64,000 nt of DNA from Bacteroidaceae bacterium. GTDB taxonomy: Bacteria > Bacteroidota > Bacteroidia > Bacteroidales > Bacteroidaceae. Position 1 is the stretch's first letter; each line of letters begins with the position of its first letter. This document shows, piece by piece, positions 20,146-31,700 of this stretch. The position numbers and the translations under genes are program-made. The DNA lies in assembly GCA_017647575.1 (NCBI GenBank), contig JAGCKJ010000175.1, positions 3,271-67,270 of the forward strand, read 5' to 3'. The notes beneath the pieces were generated by a model. The model had not been told where the DNA came from, made no database searches, and saw only the letters and a list, made by a program, of their open reading frames with translations.

Positions 20146-20778
20146 TTATTTCTTTTTCTTACAGTTGCGTATAATAATAACTACGATGGCTACCAAAACG
20201 ATACCTGCTATTGTGTATCCAATTTCGTGACTATACTCTGTTACAGTGCTGATTAGTTCCTCTTCCGGAACAATTCTTTCCAAATAGAAACCTAATGCAG
20301 CAAGAACTGCGTTCCAGATACCTGCACCTAATGCTGTGAATGCAAGGAATTTTGTCATATTCATTCTTGCAAGACCTGCTGGTATGGAGATAAGTTGTCT
20401 GATTGCCGGTATCAGACGTCCTACAAATGTTGATATCGCACCATGCTTGTTGAAATACTCTTCTGCCTGCTCTATCTTTTTTACGTCAAGCAGTAGAAGA
20501 TGGCCAACTTTGCTGTCTGCAAATTTATATACAATAGGTTTGCCAATCCATAGAGCCAGGAAATAGTTGATGATAGCTCCTAAACATGCACCGATGGTGG
20601 CAAAAAGAATTATCAGAAATAGATTCATTTCACCATTTGCTGCTGCGTGATATGCTGCCGGTGGAACTACTATTTCCGATGGAAATGGAATAAATGAACT
20701 TTCAATAGTCATTAAAAGTGTTATGGTCCAATAATTAAGGTGTTCTAGACACCATTGCAGAAATGAGATTGATTCCAT
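20146..20778 (-). CDS. DedA/VTT-domain family membrane protein
   Basis: 210 aa and polytopic. IPFPSEIVVPPAAY and FVGRLIPAIRQLISIPAG are typical of DedA. Confidence 0.82.
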   Translation of the reverse strand: MESISFLQWCLEHLNYWTITLLMTIESSFIPFPSEIVVPPAAYHAAANGEMNLFLIILFATIGACLGAIINYFLALWIGKPIVYKFADSKVGHLLLLDVKKIEQAEEYFNKHGAISTFVGRLIPAIRQLISIPAGLARMNMTKFLAFTALGAGIWNAVLAALGFYLERIVPEEELISTVTEYSHEIGYTIAGIVLVAIVVIIIRNCKKKK

Positions 20779-21860
20779 TAGTTATTTTGTTTAGTTAGAT
20801 TAATCAATAGGTCTAATTCGTCATTTTCCGGGTCTAGGGATAGGCCCATGTAAATGTACTTTAATGCTTTCTCCTCATTGTTGTTGTATATATATACCTT
20901 GGCCAAATAGGTGTATAACTCTATACGGAAGTTTTCAGTGTCATTGCTGTCCAGAGAATCTTCTGCCTTGGTAAGATATTCCAGAGCTTTATCTATATCT
21001 CTAAGATAGTAGCAGCATTTACCACAGCAGAAGCTTAGTACAGAGGCCATGCTTTCATTTTTCTCAAGTAGTAAACTGTATTTTTTCAATGCAGTTTGAT
21101 AGTCATGTAGATTAATGTAACAGTCGGCCTTCATTAGTGATGCAGTGAAATTTTCCCCGTCTATAGCTTCAATGTATTCATAACACTCTTTAGCTTTTAT
21201 ATAATCACAACTTTCAAAGTATATCCTGCCTAACTGTTCCCACGGGTATGTGTCATACGGGAATTTGTCCAGCATATTGTTGTACCATTCAATTGCCAGA
21301 CTGAATTGTTTGGTTTCAAAGTAGAGATCTGCCTGTAATTCGTAAAAATTGCTGTCAGGGTTTCCTGTCTCCTTGAAAGCTAAATCTATCCACTCCTGGG
21401 CCTGGTCATAAAACCTGTTCTCCATTAACTGGATTATTATGTCACTTAGCAGGTCGTAATCGGAATTACTGCAGGAATATGCATTTTTGAAAAATGTATT
21501 GGCTGAATCTATTTTGTTATAGGCAAGTTCTATAACACCTTTTACATACAGAACCTCCTGGTTGTGATTGTCTGAAATGGTCTCTGCTATAGCTTTTGCA
21601 TCCTCCTTTCTACCTTTTAAGAGTAGATTATTTGCTTTGGCTATAAGAATTTCAGAATTGTTGGGGTGTAGTCGTAAACCATAATCGGATGCAATATCAG
21701 ACTTATCCAATTCCATATTCATAGTATAATAATCGGCTATATCGGCAATGTCAGAGCCATCAAAATAGATGGCTCTCTCATTGTCAATCATATCCTCGAA
21801 ACTCTGTAGAATCTCTTTGAATTCCGGAGAATCGTAATAGGTCTGATTATCTTCTCTCAT
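20778..21860 (-). CDS. Tetratricopeptide-repeat protein
   Basis: 360 aa with repeated about 34-aa helical units carrying Y/A/L signatures, for example AIEWYNNMLDKFPYDTYPWEQLGRIY. Its stop overlaps the dedA start. Confidence 0.65.
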   Translation of the reverse strand: MREDNQTYYDSPEFKEILQSFEDMIDNERAIYFDGSDIADIADYYTMNMELDKSDIASDYGLRLHPNNSEILIAKANNLLLKGRKEDAKAIAETISDNHNQEVLYVKGVIELAYNKIDSANTFFKNAYSCSNSDYDLLSDIIIQLMENRFYDQAQEWIDLAFKETGNPDSNFYELQADLYFETKQFSLAIEWYNNMLDKFPYDTYPWEQLGRIYFESCDYIKAKECYEYIEAIDGENFTASLMKADCYINLHDYQTALKKYSLLLEKNESMASVLSFCCGKCCYYLRDIDKALEYLTKAEDSLDSNDTENFRIELYTYLAKVYIYNNNEEKALKYIYMGLSLDPENDELDLLINLTKQNN

Positions 21861-21868
21861 TTATGGAT

Positions 21869-23614
21869 TTAAGCTTTACCCTTAATTTTACTCCAGTTAT
21901 CTTTCAGGGAAACTGTCCTGTTAAAGATAATATGTTCCGGTGTAGAATCTTTGTCTGTACAGAAGTATCCTATGCGCTGGAACTGGTAATGATCCATAGG
22001 CTTGGTATCTGCCAGAAAGTTTTCAACGTAACATACTGGACGTACTTCAAGTGAATTAGGATTCTTCATCTTCTGCATAGCTTCTACGACGCTCAGCCCC
22101 TCTTCGTTGCGCAGACGTGCCAATTCATCACGTGGATTTTCAACACTCCAGAGTCTGTCGTACAGACGTACTTCCGCCTGAATAGCGTGGCTGGCACTTA
22201 CCCAATGTATGGTACCCTTCACTTTGCGGTTGGAATCTGATTCTCCTGTTTTTGTGTTAGGAATGTATTCGCAATAAACCTCCTCAACTCTTCCTTCTGC
22301 GTCTTTTTTGCAACCTGTGCATAGTACGATATAAGCACTCTTTAATCTTACTTCACGACCTGGTGTAAGACGGAAATACTTTGATGGAGCATCCTCCATA
22401 AAGTCTTCTCTCTCTATCCATAGCTCGCGGCTGAATGTTATCTTGTGGCTGCCAGCATCCGGATCTTCAGGGTTGTTGATGGCATCCAGTTCTTCTGTTT
22501 TATCTTCCGGATAGTTTGTTATAATCAGTTTAACCGGATCAATAACAGCAGAAACACGTGTGGCGCGGCGGTTGAGATCTTCGCGTATTGCTGATTCCAT
22601 CAGTGCCATATCGTTAAGTGCATCGAACTTTGTATATCCAATTCTGTCAACAAACATTCTGATAGATTCAGGTGTGTAGCCTCTGCGACGGTAGCCGCAG
22701 ATAGTAGGCATTCGTGGATCATCCCAGCCTGAAACCATACCCTCCTGTACCAGTGTCAGAAGATTGCGCTTGCTCAGAAGAGTGTAGTTCAGATTAAGTT
22801 TGTTGAACTCTGTCTGGCGTGGGCGGTTGTCATCCAGATCTTCGCCTTTCTTCAGCCAATCAATAAACAGATCGTATAAAGGACGATGAGGTACAAATTC
22901 AAGTGTGCAAAGTGAATGTGTTACTCCCTCAAAATAGTCACTCTGTCCATGTGCAAAGTCATACATAGGGTATGCCTTCCATGTTGTACCGGTACGGTGA
23001 TGAGGTGTCTTTACTATGCGATAGATGATAGGGTCTCTGAAAAGCATGTTGTTATGAGCCATATCAATCTTGGCACGCAACACCATAGAGCCCTCTTCCA
23101 GTTCTCCGCTGTTCATCTTCTGGAATAGTTCCAGACTCTCTTCAACAGGGCGGTCTCTGTAAGGACTGTTAATACCAGGCTGTGTTGGTGTACCCTTTTG
23201 TGAAAGAATAGCCTCCTGGTTCTGTTCGTCAATATATGCTTTTCCCTCTTTGATAAGATCTATTGCAAAGTCCCATAGCTGCTGGAAATAATCGGATGCA
23301 TAGAATTCATTTTCCCACTTGAATCCCAGCCATTCGATATCCTCCTTAATTGCATCTACATACTCTGTATCCTCTTTTGTAGGGTTTGTATCATCAAAAC
23401 GGAGGTTGCAGATACCATTATGCTTTTCTGCCATGCCAAAATCCATGCAGATTGCCTTTGCGTGGCCAATGTGAAGATAACCATTTGGTTCTGGCGGGAA
23501 ACGAGTCTGTACGCGTCCACCATTCTTGCCTTCAGCAAGATCCTTTTCTACCATCTCCTCAATGAAGTTCAGGCTCTTCTTTTCGCCTGCTTCCTTAACG
23601 CTGTTCTCTATCAT
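21869..23614 (-). CDS. glnS: Glutamine--tRNA ligase
   Basis: 581 aa. The HIGH motif is PEPNGYLHIGHAKA and the KMSKS-like motif is LLSKR. Confidence 0.96.
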   Translation of the reverse strand: MIENSVKEAGEKKSLNFIEEMVEKDLAEGKNGGRVQTRFPPEPNGYLHIGHAKAICMDFGMAEKHNGICNLRFDDTNPTKEDTEYVDAIKEDIEWLGFKWENEFYASDYFQQLWDFAIDLIKEGKAYIDEQNQEAILSQKGTPTQPGINSPYRDRPVEESLELFQKMNSGELEEGSMVLRAKIDMAHNNMLFRDPIIYRIVKTPHHRTGTTWKAYPMYDFAHGQSDYFEGVTHSLCTLEFVPHRPLYDLFIDWLKKGEDLDDNRPRQTEFNKLNLNYTLLSKRNLLTLVQEGMVSGWDDPRMPTICGYRRRGYTPESIRMFVDRIGYTKFDALNDMALMESAIREDLNRRATRVSAVIDPVKLIITNYPEDKTEELDAINNPEDPDAGSHKITFSRELWIEREDFMEDAPSKYFRLTPGREVRLKSAYIVLCTGCKKDAEGRVEEVYCEYIPNTKTGESDSNRKVKGTIHWVSASHAIQAEVRLYDRLWSVENPRDELARLRNEEGLSVVEAMQKMKNPNSLEVRPVCYVENFLADTKPMDHYQFQRIGYFCTDKDSTPEHIIFNRTVSLKDNWSKIKGKA

Positions 23615-23651
23615 ATTAATCCGTTATATTTTCATTCTTTTTACAAAGATG

Positions 23652-23659
23652 CAAAGTTA
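23652..23659 (-). promoter_or_regulatory. Putative -7 promoter box (TAnnTTTG) for glnS
   Basis: TAACTTTG on the minus strand lies 37 nt upstream of the ATG at 23614. Confidence 0.45.
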
Positions 23660-23695
23660 CGGATTATATGTTGTTTTTTTTGCTTTTTTTGTCGA

Positions 23696-24586
23696 TTATC
23701 TCCATAAAAAATGGATGATGGAGAGTTTGTATATGGAAAATAGGAACAGTGAGGGCCTGTTTCCCTGTAGATTGTTGATAATCAGTTTCCCGAATATCTT
23801 GTCTATTATGTGGATAATCCAGGTAAAATGTATTTTTCTCAGTCTGTTATATTGCATTAATAACTTAGAATCATTCCCTATATCGTTTCTGTGATTGTAG
23901 AGATTGTGTATTGACTGTCTGGTCTTTTCCAGAAAGATACTGTTTTCTTCTATGCCAATGTGTATCAGAGGGTTGTCAATATGAATAATTGATACTTCTT
24001 TCTTTTTTAGCATTACGCCAAACATAACATCTTCATATCCATATCCAGTAAAGTCTTCCGGGAATCGGATGCTCATAAAAGTGGTTCTGTCTATGAGAAA
24101 TGAGAATGGTGTAAAGCGGCTGTAAGGTTCCTTGTTGCGATATTTTGCAAGACGCTTTTTGTCGGCCCGCTTTTCATATTTGTATCTTAGTTCTACGCAT
24201 GGGTAGGGTTGGCTGTCAGGGTGTACCAGTCCACCACATACAACATCGTACTCTTCTGATTTATCCAGATAGCGCTTGATGAACCTGTCATCTTTTGTCA
24301 TTGCATCGCAATCAAGGAACAATAGCTTGCTGTAACTTGATCTGTCTGCAAGCATGTTTCTGATGGCTGCACGACCGATGTTCTCTTCTAACTGTATATA
24401 AAGACAGTTCTCTAAATTCTCAATAGTATTTTTGTTTGAATTCCTTTTGTCAATATCAGTGCTGCAATCGTCTGCAACAATTATTTCATAATCAATACCC
24501 AAAGAAGCACATTGTGACTGCAAACTCCTAACAAGCAGTTCGCAATCCCAATTGTAGGTGGGGATAAGAATAGATAATGATATCAT
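23696..24586 (-). CDS. Glycosyltransferase family 2
   Basis: 296 aa. LSILIPTYNW, VADDCSTD and LDCDA (DxD) are GT-A fold motifs. Confidence 0.82.
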   Translation of the reverse strand: MISLSILIPTYNWDCELLVRSLQSQCASLGIDYEIIVADDCSTDIDKRNSNKNTIENLENCLYIQLEENIGRAAIRNMLADRSSYSKLLFLDCDAMTKDDRFIKRYLDKSEEYDVVCGGLVHPDSQPYPCVELRYKYEKRADKKRLAKYRNKEPYSRFTPFSFLIDRTTFMSIRFPEDFTGYGYEDVMFGVMLKKKEVSIIHIDNPLIHIGIEENSIFLEKTRQSIHNLYNHRNDIGNDSKLLMQYNRLRKIHFTWIIHIIDKIFGKLIINNLQGNRPSLFLFSIYKLSIIHFLWR

Positions 24587-24631
24587 AGGAATTTATTTTT
24601 GCCAAAAGTAGTAAAAACAGCGCAAATAGCG

Positions 24632-24639
24632 TAATTTTG
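24632..24639 (+). promoter_or_regulatory. Putative -7 promoter box (TAnnTTTG) for rarA
   Basis: TAATTTTG lies 25 nt before the ATG at 24665. Confidence 0.45.
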
Positions 24640-24664
24640 TAACCAGAATAAAAGAGTATAGGGT

Positions 24665-25936
24665 ATGCAACCACTGGCAGAAAGAATGAGACCTAGGCAG
24701 CTTGATGACTATGTCGGTCAGAAGCATCTGGTAGGCGAAGGATCTGTTCTCCGCAGGATGATAGATTCGGGTCGTTTGTCTTCCTTTATTCTTTGGGGAC
24801 CTCCAGGAACTGGTAAAACGACTCTGGCGCAAATTGTGGCATCACATCTTGATGTGCCATTTCATACCCTCAGTGCTGTTACCGCAGGTGTGAAGGATGT
24901 TCGTGATGTTATAGAACTGGCCAGAAATAACAGAATGTTCAATACGAATGGAAGTCCGGTTCTGTTTATTGATGAAATTCACAGATTCAATAAGGCTCAG
25001 CAGGATTCATTGTTGGGAGCTGTGGAGCGTGGCGATATAACATTGATAGGTGCAACTACTGAAAATCCCTCTTTTGAAGTCATTCGTCCATTGTTGTCCA
25101 GAATGCAGGTGTATGTTCTGAATTCATTGGACAAAGAAGATCTGCAACAGTTGCTGGAAAGAGCAATAGCAAACGATGTCTATCTGAAAAGACGTAAGAT
25201 AGAGCTTAAGGAGACAACTTCGCTAATGCGTTTCTCCGGTGGCGATGCACGCAAACTTTTGAATATATTGGAGCTGGTGGTAGAATCGGAAGGCGATGGA
25301 GATTCTGTAATAATTACCGATGAAATGGTGAATTTAAGGCTTCAGCAGAATCCATTGGCATACGATAAGGATGGCGAAATGCATTATGATATTATTTCGG
25401 CATTCATAAAATCCATAAGAGGCAGTGATCCCGACGGAGCACTCTATTGGCTGGCACGTATGATAGAGGGTGGTGAAGATCCTGCATTTATAGCACGCAG
25501 ACTGGTTATTTCTGCTTCAGAAGATATAGGGCTGGCAAATCCAAACGCTCTGCTGCTGGCAAATGCAGCATTCGATGCGGTAATGAAACTGGGTTGGCCG
25601 GAAGGACGCATACCTTTGGCTGAAGCAACTGTCTATTTAGCTACATCGCCTAAGAGTAATTCTGCATATATGGGTATAAACAGCGCACTGGAACTGGTAC
25701 GTTCTACAGGTAATCTGCCGGTACCATTGCACTTGAGAAATGCTCCAACCAAACTGATGAAGGATTTGGGATACAGTGAAGGTTATAAATATGCACACAG
25801 TTATGAAGGGAATTTTGTAGAACAGCAGTTCCTGCCTGATGGCATTGTCGGAACCCGATTCTGGTCACCCCAAAAAAATGCTTCAGAGGATAAGCTGCGG
25901 GAACGTATGGAACTTATCTGGAAACGAAAGTATTAA
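24665..25936 (+). CDS. rarA: Replication-associated recombination protein A (AAA+ ATPase MgsA/RarA)
   Basis: 423 aa. PLAERMRP, GPPGTGKTT, FIDEIHRFNK and the C-terminal MgsA domain are present. Confidence 0.95.
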   Translation: MQPLAERMRPRQLDDYVGQKHLVGEGSVLRRMIDSGRLSSFILWGPPGTGKTTLAQIVASHLDVPFHTLSAVTAGVKDVRDVIELARNNRMFNTNGSPVLFIDEIHRFNKAQQDSLLGAVERGDITLIGATTENPSFEVIRPLLSRMQVYVLNSLDKEDLQQLLERAIANDVYLKRRKIELKETTSLMRFSGGDARKLLNILELVVESEGDGDSVIITDEMVNLRLQQNPLAYDKDGEMHYDIISAFIKSIRGSDPDGALYWLARMIEGGEDPAFIARRLVISASEDIGLANPNALLLANAAFDAVMKLGWPEGRIPLAEATVYLATSPKSNSAYMGINSALELVRSTGNLPVPLHLRNAPTKLMKDLGYSEGYKYAHSYEGNFVEQQFLPDGIVGTRFWSPQKNASEDKLRERMELIWKRKY

Positions 25937-27164
25937 ATCCAATCAATCGGTCATAGCGGGCACCATTCTCCCTGAAGTAAACCAATATGGTATATTCATT
26001 GCCTGTTTCATAGCAATCACCTTCAGTCCTTTCTGTCATGGAGCCTTTGCCATTATCAGGTAACCAAATATACTGATAATCGTATGATCCCTGTTTCAAC
26101 AGCGCTGTAATGGTGTATGCTTTCATCTCTTCATCATAGCTCATTTTCCAGTTGTCAGTAATATTGTTGCCGGAAAAATCTCCTCTTAAATACAGATTGC
26201 CTCCGGATAATCTGTTTGATATCAATGTAAAATGTACAAATAGGTAATCGGCTTCAATGTCACTACTACCGGCATTATGGCTGCGAACAAGGTAACGTCC
26301 GTTGTGATCATTGTCATGTCTGTATGCTATGTGTGGCCGGTCTGTTAGGAGTGTAGCATGATAATATGGTGTGTGAAAGTCTATTCTGTCCACATTCTGA
26401 GTATAGTCATACATGTCTATGATTTCAAAGCGACGATATTCATTGCCGGCATTGAATATCAGCTCCTTGCAGTGTGAATACTCCATCTTGTTATTAGAAC
26501 GATGAGTTGGCTTAAAACCGCTTATCATGTTAGTAATGTCTCTGTTCATTATTACGTATGGAAGTATCTCCTTCGTCTGGTCCAGAACCCTTATTCCTGA
26601 ATGGCTGATGCTCATCGTAAGCTGCTGGTGTCTGCCATTTATATCCAGATCAGTATTGGAACTTACAGATGCAGCTATGTTGGCATAATCTTCAGTAACA
26701 GAAAATTTGGCATCGGCAACACACTCTCCATCTTCGTCAATAATCTCAACAAGATAATTACCGGACAGCTTTAATGATGTATCATCGTTAGGAATATTGA
26801 AGGTATAATGTGTATATTCAAATGTGGTGTTAATGGAGTTTTCATAATCATCTACAGGTATATCATTAAATCCTTCAATAAAGTCCGATTCATATAGATC
26901 AGATGGTTTCCAGTTGGCATCACAATGTGTTATGTGATAGGTGAATCGGTTGTAGATATGTGACATTTCATCGAATGATATGGTTATGTAATCATCGCTG
27001 TTCAGGTGTAGTATTGGCAGTTTCTCCCAATCATTATTTACGATGGTGCGCATGGTTTTTATGTTCTCACTGTACAGGTTTACCCATTGTGAGAAGGAGT
27101 TTGATGGCAGTAAAAACATAACGCAAATTACTGCCAGATATCTCAGTTTATTCAAGACTTTCAT
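25914..27164 (-). CDS. DUF5103 / type IX secretion plug-like domain protein
   Basis: This is the ORF-track frame, restarted at MKVLNKLRYLAVICVMFLLPSNSFS (signal peptide). ISFDEMSHIYNRFTYHITHCDANWKPSDL matches the conserved N-terminal block I recall for DUF5103. The 3' end overlaps the rarA 3' end by 23 nt (convergent genes). Confidence 0.6.
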   Translation of the reverse strand: MKVLNKLRYLAVICVMFLLPSNSFSQWVNLYSENIKTMRTIVNNDWEKLPILHLNSDDYITISFDEMSHIYNRFTYHITHCDANWKPSDLYESDFIEGFNDIPVDDYENSINTTFEYTHYTFNIPNDDTSLKLSGNYLVEIIDEDGECVADAKFSVTEDYANIAASVSSNTDLDINGRHQQLTMSISHSGIRVLDQTKEILPYVIMNRDITNMISGFKPTHRSNNKMEYSHCKELIFNAGNEYRRFEIIDMYDYTQNVDRIDFHTPYYHATLLTDRPHIAYRHDNDHNGRYLVRSHNAGSSDIEADYLFVHFTLISNRLSGGNLYLRGDFSGNNITDNWKMSYDEEMKAYTITALLKQGSYDYQYIWLPDNGKGSMTERTEGDCYETGNEYTILVYFRENGARYDRLIGFNTFVSR

Positions 27165-27228
27165 AACTAAGGTGTGAAGATAGTGTAAATTTCTGTAAGG
27201 TGTGTATATATGCAAGTAAAAAAAAGAG

Positions 27229-27236
27229 TAACTTTG
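27229..27236 (+). promoter_or_regulatory. Putative -7 promoter box (TAnnTTTG) for proS
   Basis: TAACTTTG lies 20 nt before the ATG at 27257. Confidence 0.45.
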
Positions 27237-27256
27237 CATTCTGAAAATTTAGAGCT

Positions 27257-28738
27257 ATGGCAAAAGAATTGAAAGATCTTACCAAAAGAAGTGAAAATTA
27301 TTCACAATGGTATAATGAACTGGTAGTTAAAGCAGATTTAGCTGAACAGGCACCTGTACGCGGTTGTATGGTAATCAAGCCTTACGGTTACGCTATTTGG
27401 GAAAAGATTCAGCGAGTACTTGACGATAAATTTAAGGAGACTGGTCATCAGAATGCCTATTTCCCCCTTCTTATACCTAAATCATATTTAAGTCGTGAGG
27501 CAGAACATGTTGAGGGCTTTGCAAAGGAGTGTGCTGTAGTTACTCACTATCGTCTTAAGAATGCAGAGGATGGTTCAGGTGTAGTAGTAGATCCTGCAGC
27601 TCGTCTGGAAGAAGAACTTATAATTCGTCCTACATCGGAAACAATTATCTGGAGTACATATAAGAATTGGATTAAGTCTTATCGCGACCTGCCAATTTTG
27701 TGTAATCAGTGGGCAAATGTGATGCGCTGGGAAATGCGTCCACGTCTTTTCCTGCGTACAGCGGAATTCCTGTGGCAGGAAGGTCACACAGCACATGCTA
27801 CCCGTGAAGAGGCTGAAGCAGAAGCAAAGAAGATGCAGAAGGTGTATGCAGAGTTTGCAGAACAGTATATGGCAGTACCTGTAGTTAGAGGTGTGAAGTC
27901 TGAAACAGAACGTTTTGCAGGCGCTTTGGATACATATACAATTGAATCCATGACTCAGGATGGTAAGGCATTGCAGTGTGGAACTTCACACTTCCTGGGA
28001 CAGAATTTTGCCAAGGCTTTTGATGTTCAGTTTGTAAATAAAGAGAATAATCTGGAATATGTGTGGGCTACATCATGGGGTGTGTCAACCAGACTTATGG
28101 GTGCTCTGATAATGGCTCATTCAGACGATAACGGTTTGGTACTTCCTCCAAAGTTGGCACCAATACAGGTGGTTATAGTTCCTATATACAAGAAGGATGA
28201 AGAACTACAGCAGATTGATGCACGTGTTGCTACATTGGTAGAAAAGTTGCGCGCACGCGGAATCAGCGTAAAATATGATAATGCTGATAACAAGCGTCCT
28301 GGCTTTAAGTTCGCTGATTATGAACTTAAGGGCGTTCCTGTACGTGTGGTTATGGGTTATCGTGACTATGAAAACGGAACAGTAGAGATAATGCGTCGTG
28401 ATACTCTGGAGAAGGAGACACTTCCATTTGAGGGCATTGATGAAAAGATAGAAACTTTGCTGGATGAGATTCAGCAGAATATCTTCCAGAAGGCTCTTGA
28501 TTACAGAAAAGAGAGAACTTTTGAAGTTGATACATATGAAGAGTTCAAGGAGAAGATTGAAGCAGGTTGCTTTGTTCTGGCTCATTGGGACGGAACAGCA
28601 GAAACAGAAGCCAAGATTAAGGAAGAGACAAAGGCTACTATACGTTGTCTGCCTTTGGATTACGAATCAGGTCCTGGAAATTGTATATATACAGGTAATC
28701 CTTCAAAGGGAAGAGTACTGTTCGCAAGATCATACTAA
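27257..28738 (+). CDS. proS: Proline--tRNA ligase (archaeal/eukaryote-like type)
   Basis: 493 aa. The sequence shows [16 protein letters not shown], class II motifs, and a C-terminus ending in ...ARSY. Confidence 0.96.
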   Translation: MAKELKDLTKRSENYSQWYNELVVKADLAEQAPVRGCMVIKPYGYAIWEKIQRVLDDKFKETGHQNAYFPLLIPKSYLSREAEHVEGFAKECAVVTHYRLKNAEDGSGVVVDPAARLEEELIIRPTSETIIWSTYKNWIKSYRDLPILCNQWANVMRWEMRPRLFLRTAEFLWQEGHTAHATREEAEAEAKKMQKVYAEFAEQYMAVPVVRGVKSETERFAGALDTYTIESMTQDGKALQCGTSHFLGQNFAKAFDVQFVNKENNLEYVWATSWGVSTRLMGALIMAHSDDNGLVLPPKLAPIQVVIVPIYKKDEELQQIDARVATLVEKLRARGISVKYDNADNKRPGFKFADYELKGVPVRVVMGYRDYENGTVEIMRRDTLEKETLPFEGIDEKIETLLDEIQQNIFQKALDYRKERTFEVDTYEEFKEKIEAGCFVLAHWDGTAETEAKIKEETKATIRCLPLDYESGPGNCIYTGNPSKGRVLFARSY

Positions 28739-28784
28739 TAGGATAACAGGAGTTACTTATAAAGGATTTACGAGGCTGGTTTCT

Positions 28785-31700
28785 TTAGAAATCGGCCTCG
28801 TATGCTATACCAATACCTTGTGTGTAAAGTGAAGTTTTGGAGAAGTATTTGTCATTTGCTTTGTTGTAACCTTTCAAACTGATTTTTGGTTTCTTTATCA
28901 TCAGCCACTCTACCTCTATGTCACCAATAAAGTTAGAGGTGTTTGTCATAGCGTTTTCTCTGTATCCAAAGTTACCATTTATCAACAGACGGTTGTTAAG
29001 CAGATGTGCTTCCAGAATACCTTCCAGCTCTTTGTTGGTAAGATTAGCAGGGTCATTGTTTAAATAACTGCCTGCAGTGACATTACTTGAAAGAGAAAAG
29101 TTGTTGTTGTTAACTACCTGTGAAAGCAGATTATTTATTTGAGTATTCACTGTGTTGTTGAAGAATGATTCAACAGTGCCAGGTGATGTATTGGAATTTG
29201 TATTAGCGTAATCGTAAGAATAGAATCTGCCCATGGTAAGCAGATACATAAACTGCAGATTTGTCTGTTCTTCTGTACTTGTTGAACTCTTTATTGCCTC
29301 CTTCTCCTCCTGTGAACCTTGTGGTAATTCTATGTTAAAGGCAAGAGATGGCGCAAGCACTGTACCCGTAATATCCATCAAGCAATTTACTCTAACATTA
29401 TTGTCTGAAGAGAGATTGACATCCAAATCGCTTAGCGATACTGAATTTACAGTATGGTAAGTGTGAAGATTTAATTCTGCTGTTGATGGATGTCCATTAA
29501 AGGTTACGTGGCTGCTTTCCTCAGAGAAACGGAATTCCTTTCTGATTAGGTCTTCAAGTGAAAAATCACAATAGCCGCGTGATACATTGTATCGGCCTAA
29601 CAGGTTGATACCCTGTTTGTTGCTGTAGTTGGCTCTGATCTGTCCATTACCGAATACCGTACCGTTAAGCGGATCCATTAGGAGATCAATAGCAGCATCT
29701 TCTGTACAGTTGATAGAAAAGTTTAACTGAACGTCTGTGTTTATCTCTTTATTCTTTTTTCTGCTTCTGACACTCTTTTCTGTGGTTTCATTGCTGACAC
29801 TGTTTGTTGATGCACTTGAATCGACTATTCTCAGGAAACTATTGTCTGCTACAGGACCCGCAGACAGATTGTAGCCGAATCTCGTTCCCGGAGCTGTTGT
29901 GGCATCTGCACGAACTATCAGACCAATATCATTGTCGGCAGTCAGATTGATTTTTCCTGTAGTAAATACGTTTGCAAAGATGTCGGTTGATTCTGTTCTT
30001 GCAATATTAAGAACCTGCATATTTGTAACGTCTGCATCCATCTGAACAGAGAAGTTATTAAGATATGTGTGCTGTATGTTACACATTAGTGTTCCCTTGT
30101 TGTCAAATTCGTCATAAAATTCTACATTATGGAAGAACATCTTGCCAGGTTCAAACACAACCGTATCATGCTTAATTATAAAATTTGTATTCAGGATACT
30201 CTGGTCCAGTATTCCGTTTTTTAATATTGCCTTACCTTCCAAATCGAGCGCATCAAGATTGCCAAATAGTCTGATATTTCCCACTGCATTTCCATTAACC
30301 TCCCTAAAAATGTTTTTGGTAAATCGGTTCAGGAAATAAAGGTCGGTATTCTGTGCATCGATATCAATGTCCAAATATCTGTTTTTTGGTGAATAGTAAC
30401 CGCTAAGCAGGGTGGAAGATACCTCTTCGTCATTCATGCTCGCTTCAATGTCAATACATTCAAGTTCCTGATTCCAGATACCTTCAGCTACTAAACGTCC
30501 TCCATAAGATCCCAGAAAACTAAAGTTGTCTGCAGTTATCTCCCCATAGAATGCCGGTGATTCCAAAAGCGACATAGCAGTAACATCTGCCGATGCTATA
30601 CCTGAAAATTCAATGTCGTTTATGTTGAACATCTTAAACAGATTGTCAATGTCAATATCTCTTAAGGTTATATCCAAAATATCGGTTGAATCGGCAGAAA
30701 TCAAACCATCAACTGAAATGGATTGATTGTTGTTTGCCAGTCTGAAATTGTCTATGCTAACTTTACCGGAATCTGTTGCAATCTGGAATTTTGATATTTC
30801 CCAGTCTGTGTTATTGAAGGTTATGCCAGACTCCTTCATCTGATGCGAACTCTTTAGCCATTTGTTCTGTTTGTCAAAATGTTCAAATGTTGTGAGAGCT
30901 GCTATATCCAGATTTAGTTCATCCATTTCTGCACTTGACCACTGTATGTTGGTATTCAGGCTATCGTTTCTGGCAGCAAAAGATATATTTACTTCGTTGC
31001 CAAGGGTGTTGTTGCTGTAATTTCCCTTAATATGAACCTTGGTGTCGCCATTATCGGAATTGAAATCAATATTTCCATCCAGGAGACTATTCTGATAGTA
31101 AGATACATCTGGTATATATACGCTGGCTTTTGCAATGCCATTGTTTTCATTCACACTGCATTGCAAATTAATAGTTTCGTTTATCTCCAGAGGTATGTGA
31201 AGAACATAGTTGTAGAATTCTGTAGGTCGTAACTGAGCGTCAATCAAAAAACTGTTGGCATAATAAGACTGTGACCTGTGTCTGTTTGACTTGTAGTTTA
31301 ATAACCATTCGCTGAATGTAGGCAGAGTGCTCTCTAATACAAAAGCTAAAGAGTGTGGAAGGGTGCTCAACAGATAATCACCCACAATGTCTATATTGGC
31401 AATTTCACTTTTTAATGACAAATCACGTCTGTTGTATGAATTTTCTGTAATGGTTAGGTTGAAAGTATGATCTGTTTGGAATTTTCCTCCGGAATCATAA
31501 TATGAGAGCGAATCAATGGAAAGCTCTCCGCGTAACAAGTCTAATGTGTTGCCCATACTCTCTGCTACTATGTTGGCCGAAACAATAAGACTATCTCTGG
31601 ATGTAAAATTCAATTCACTAAGATTTAGGTGATTGATATCCATTTTAAGAGATGTATATGTGTCTGTTTTGTCAGGAAGTATGTTCGCTAAAACAGTTAC

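Noticed and set aside
25914-25936. 23-nt convergent overlap of the rarA and DUF5103 gene 3' ends
   Set aside because: The overlap is real in the sequence, but short convergent overlaps are common in compact genomes. I see no hairpin or other signal suggesting antisense regulation.
28770-28801. Hairpin ACGAGGC...GCCTCGT spanning the tamB stop codon between convergent proS and tamB
   Set aside because: It is a plausible shared terminator, but it lacks a convincing T-run on either strand and half of it is coding sequence.
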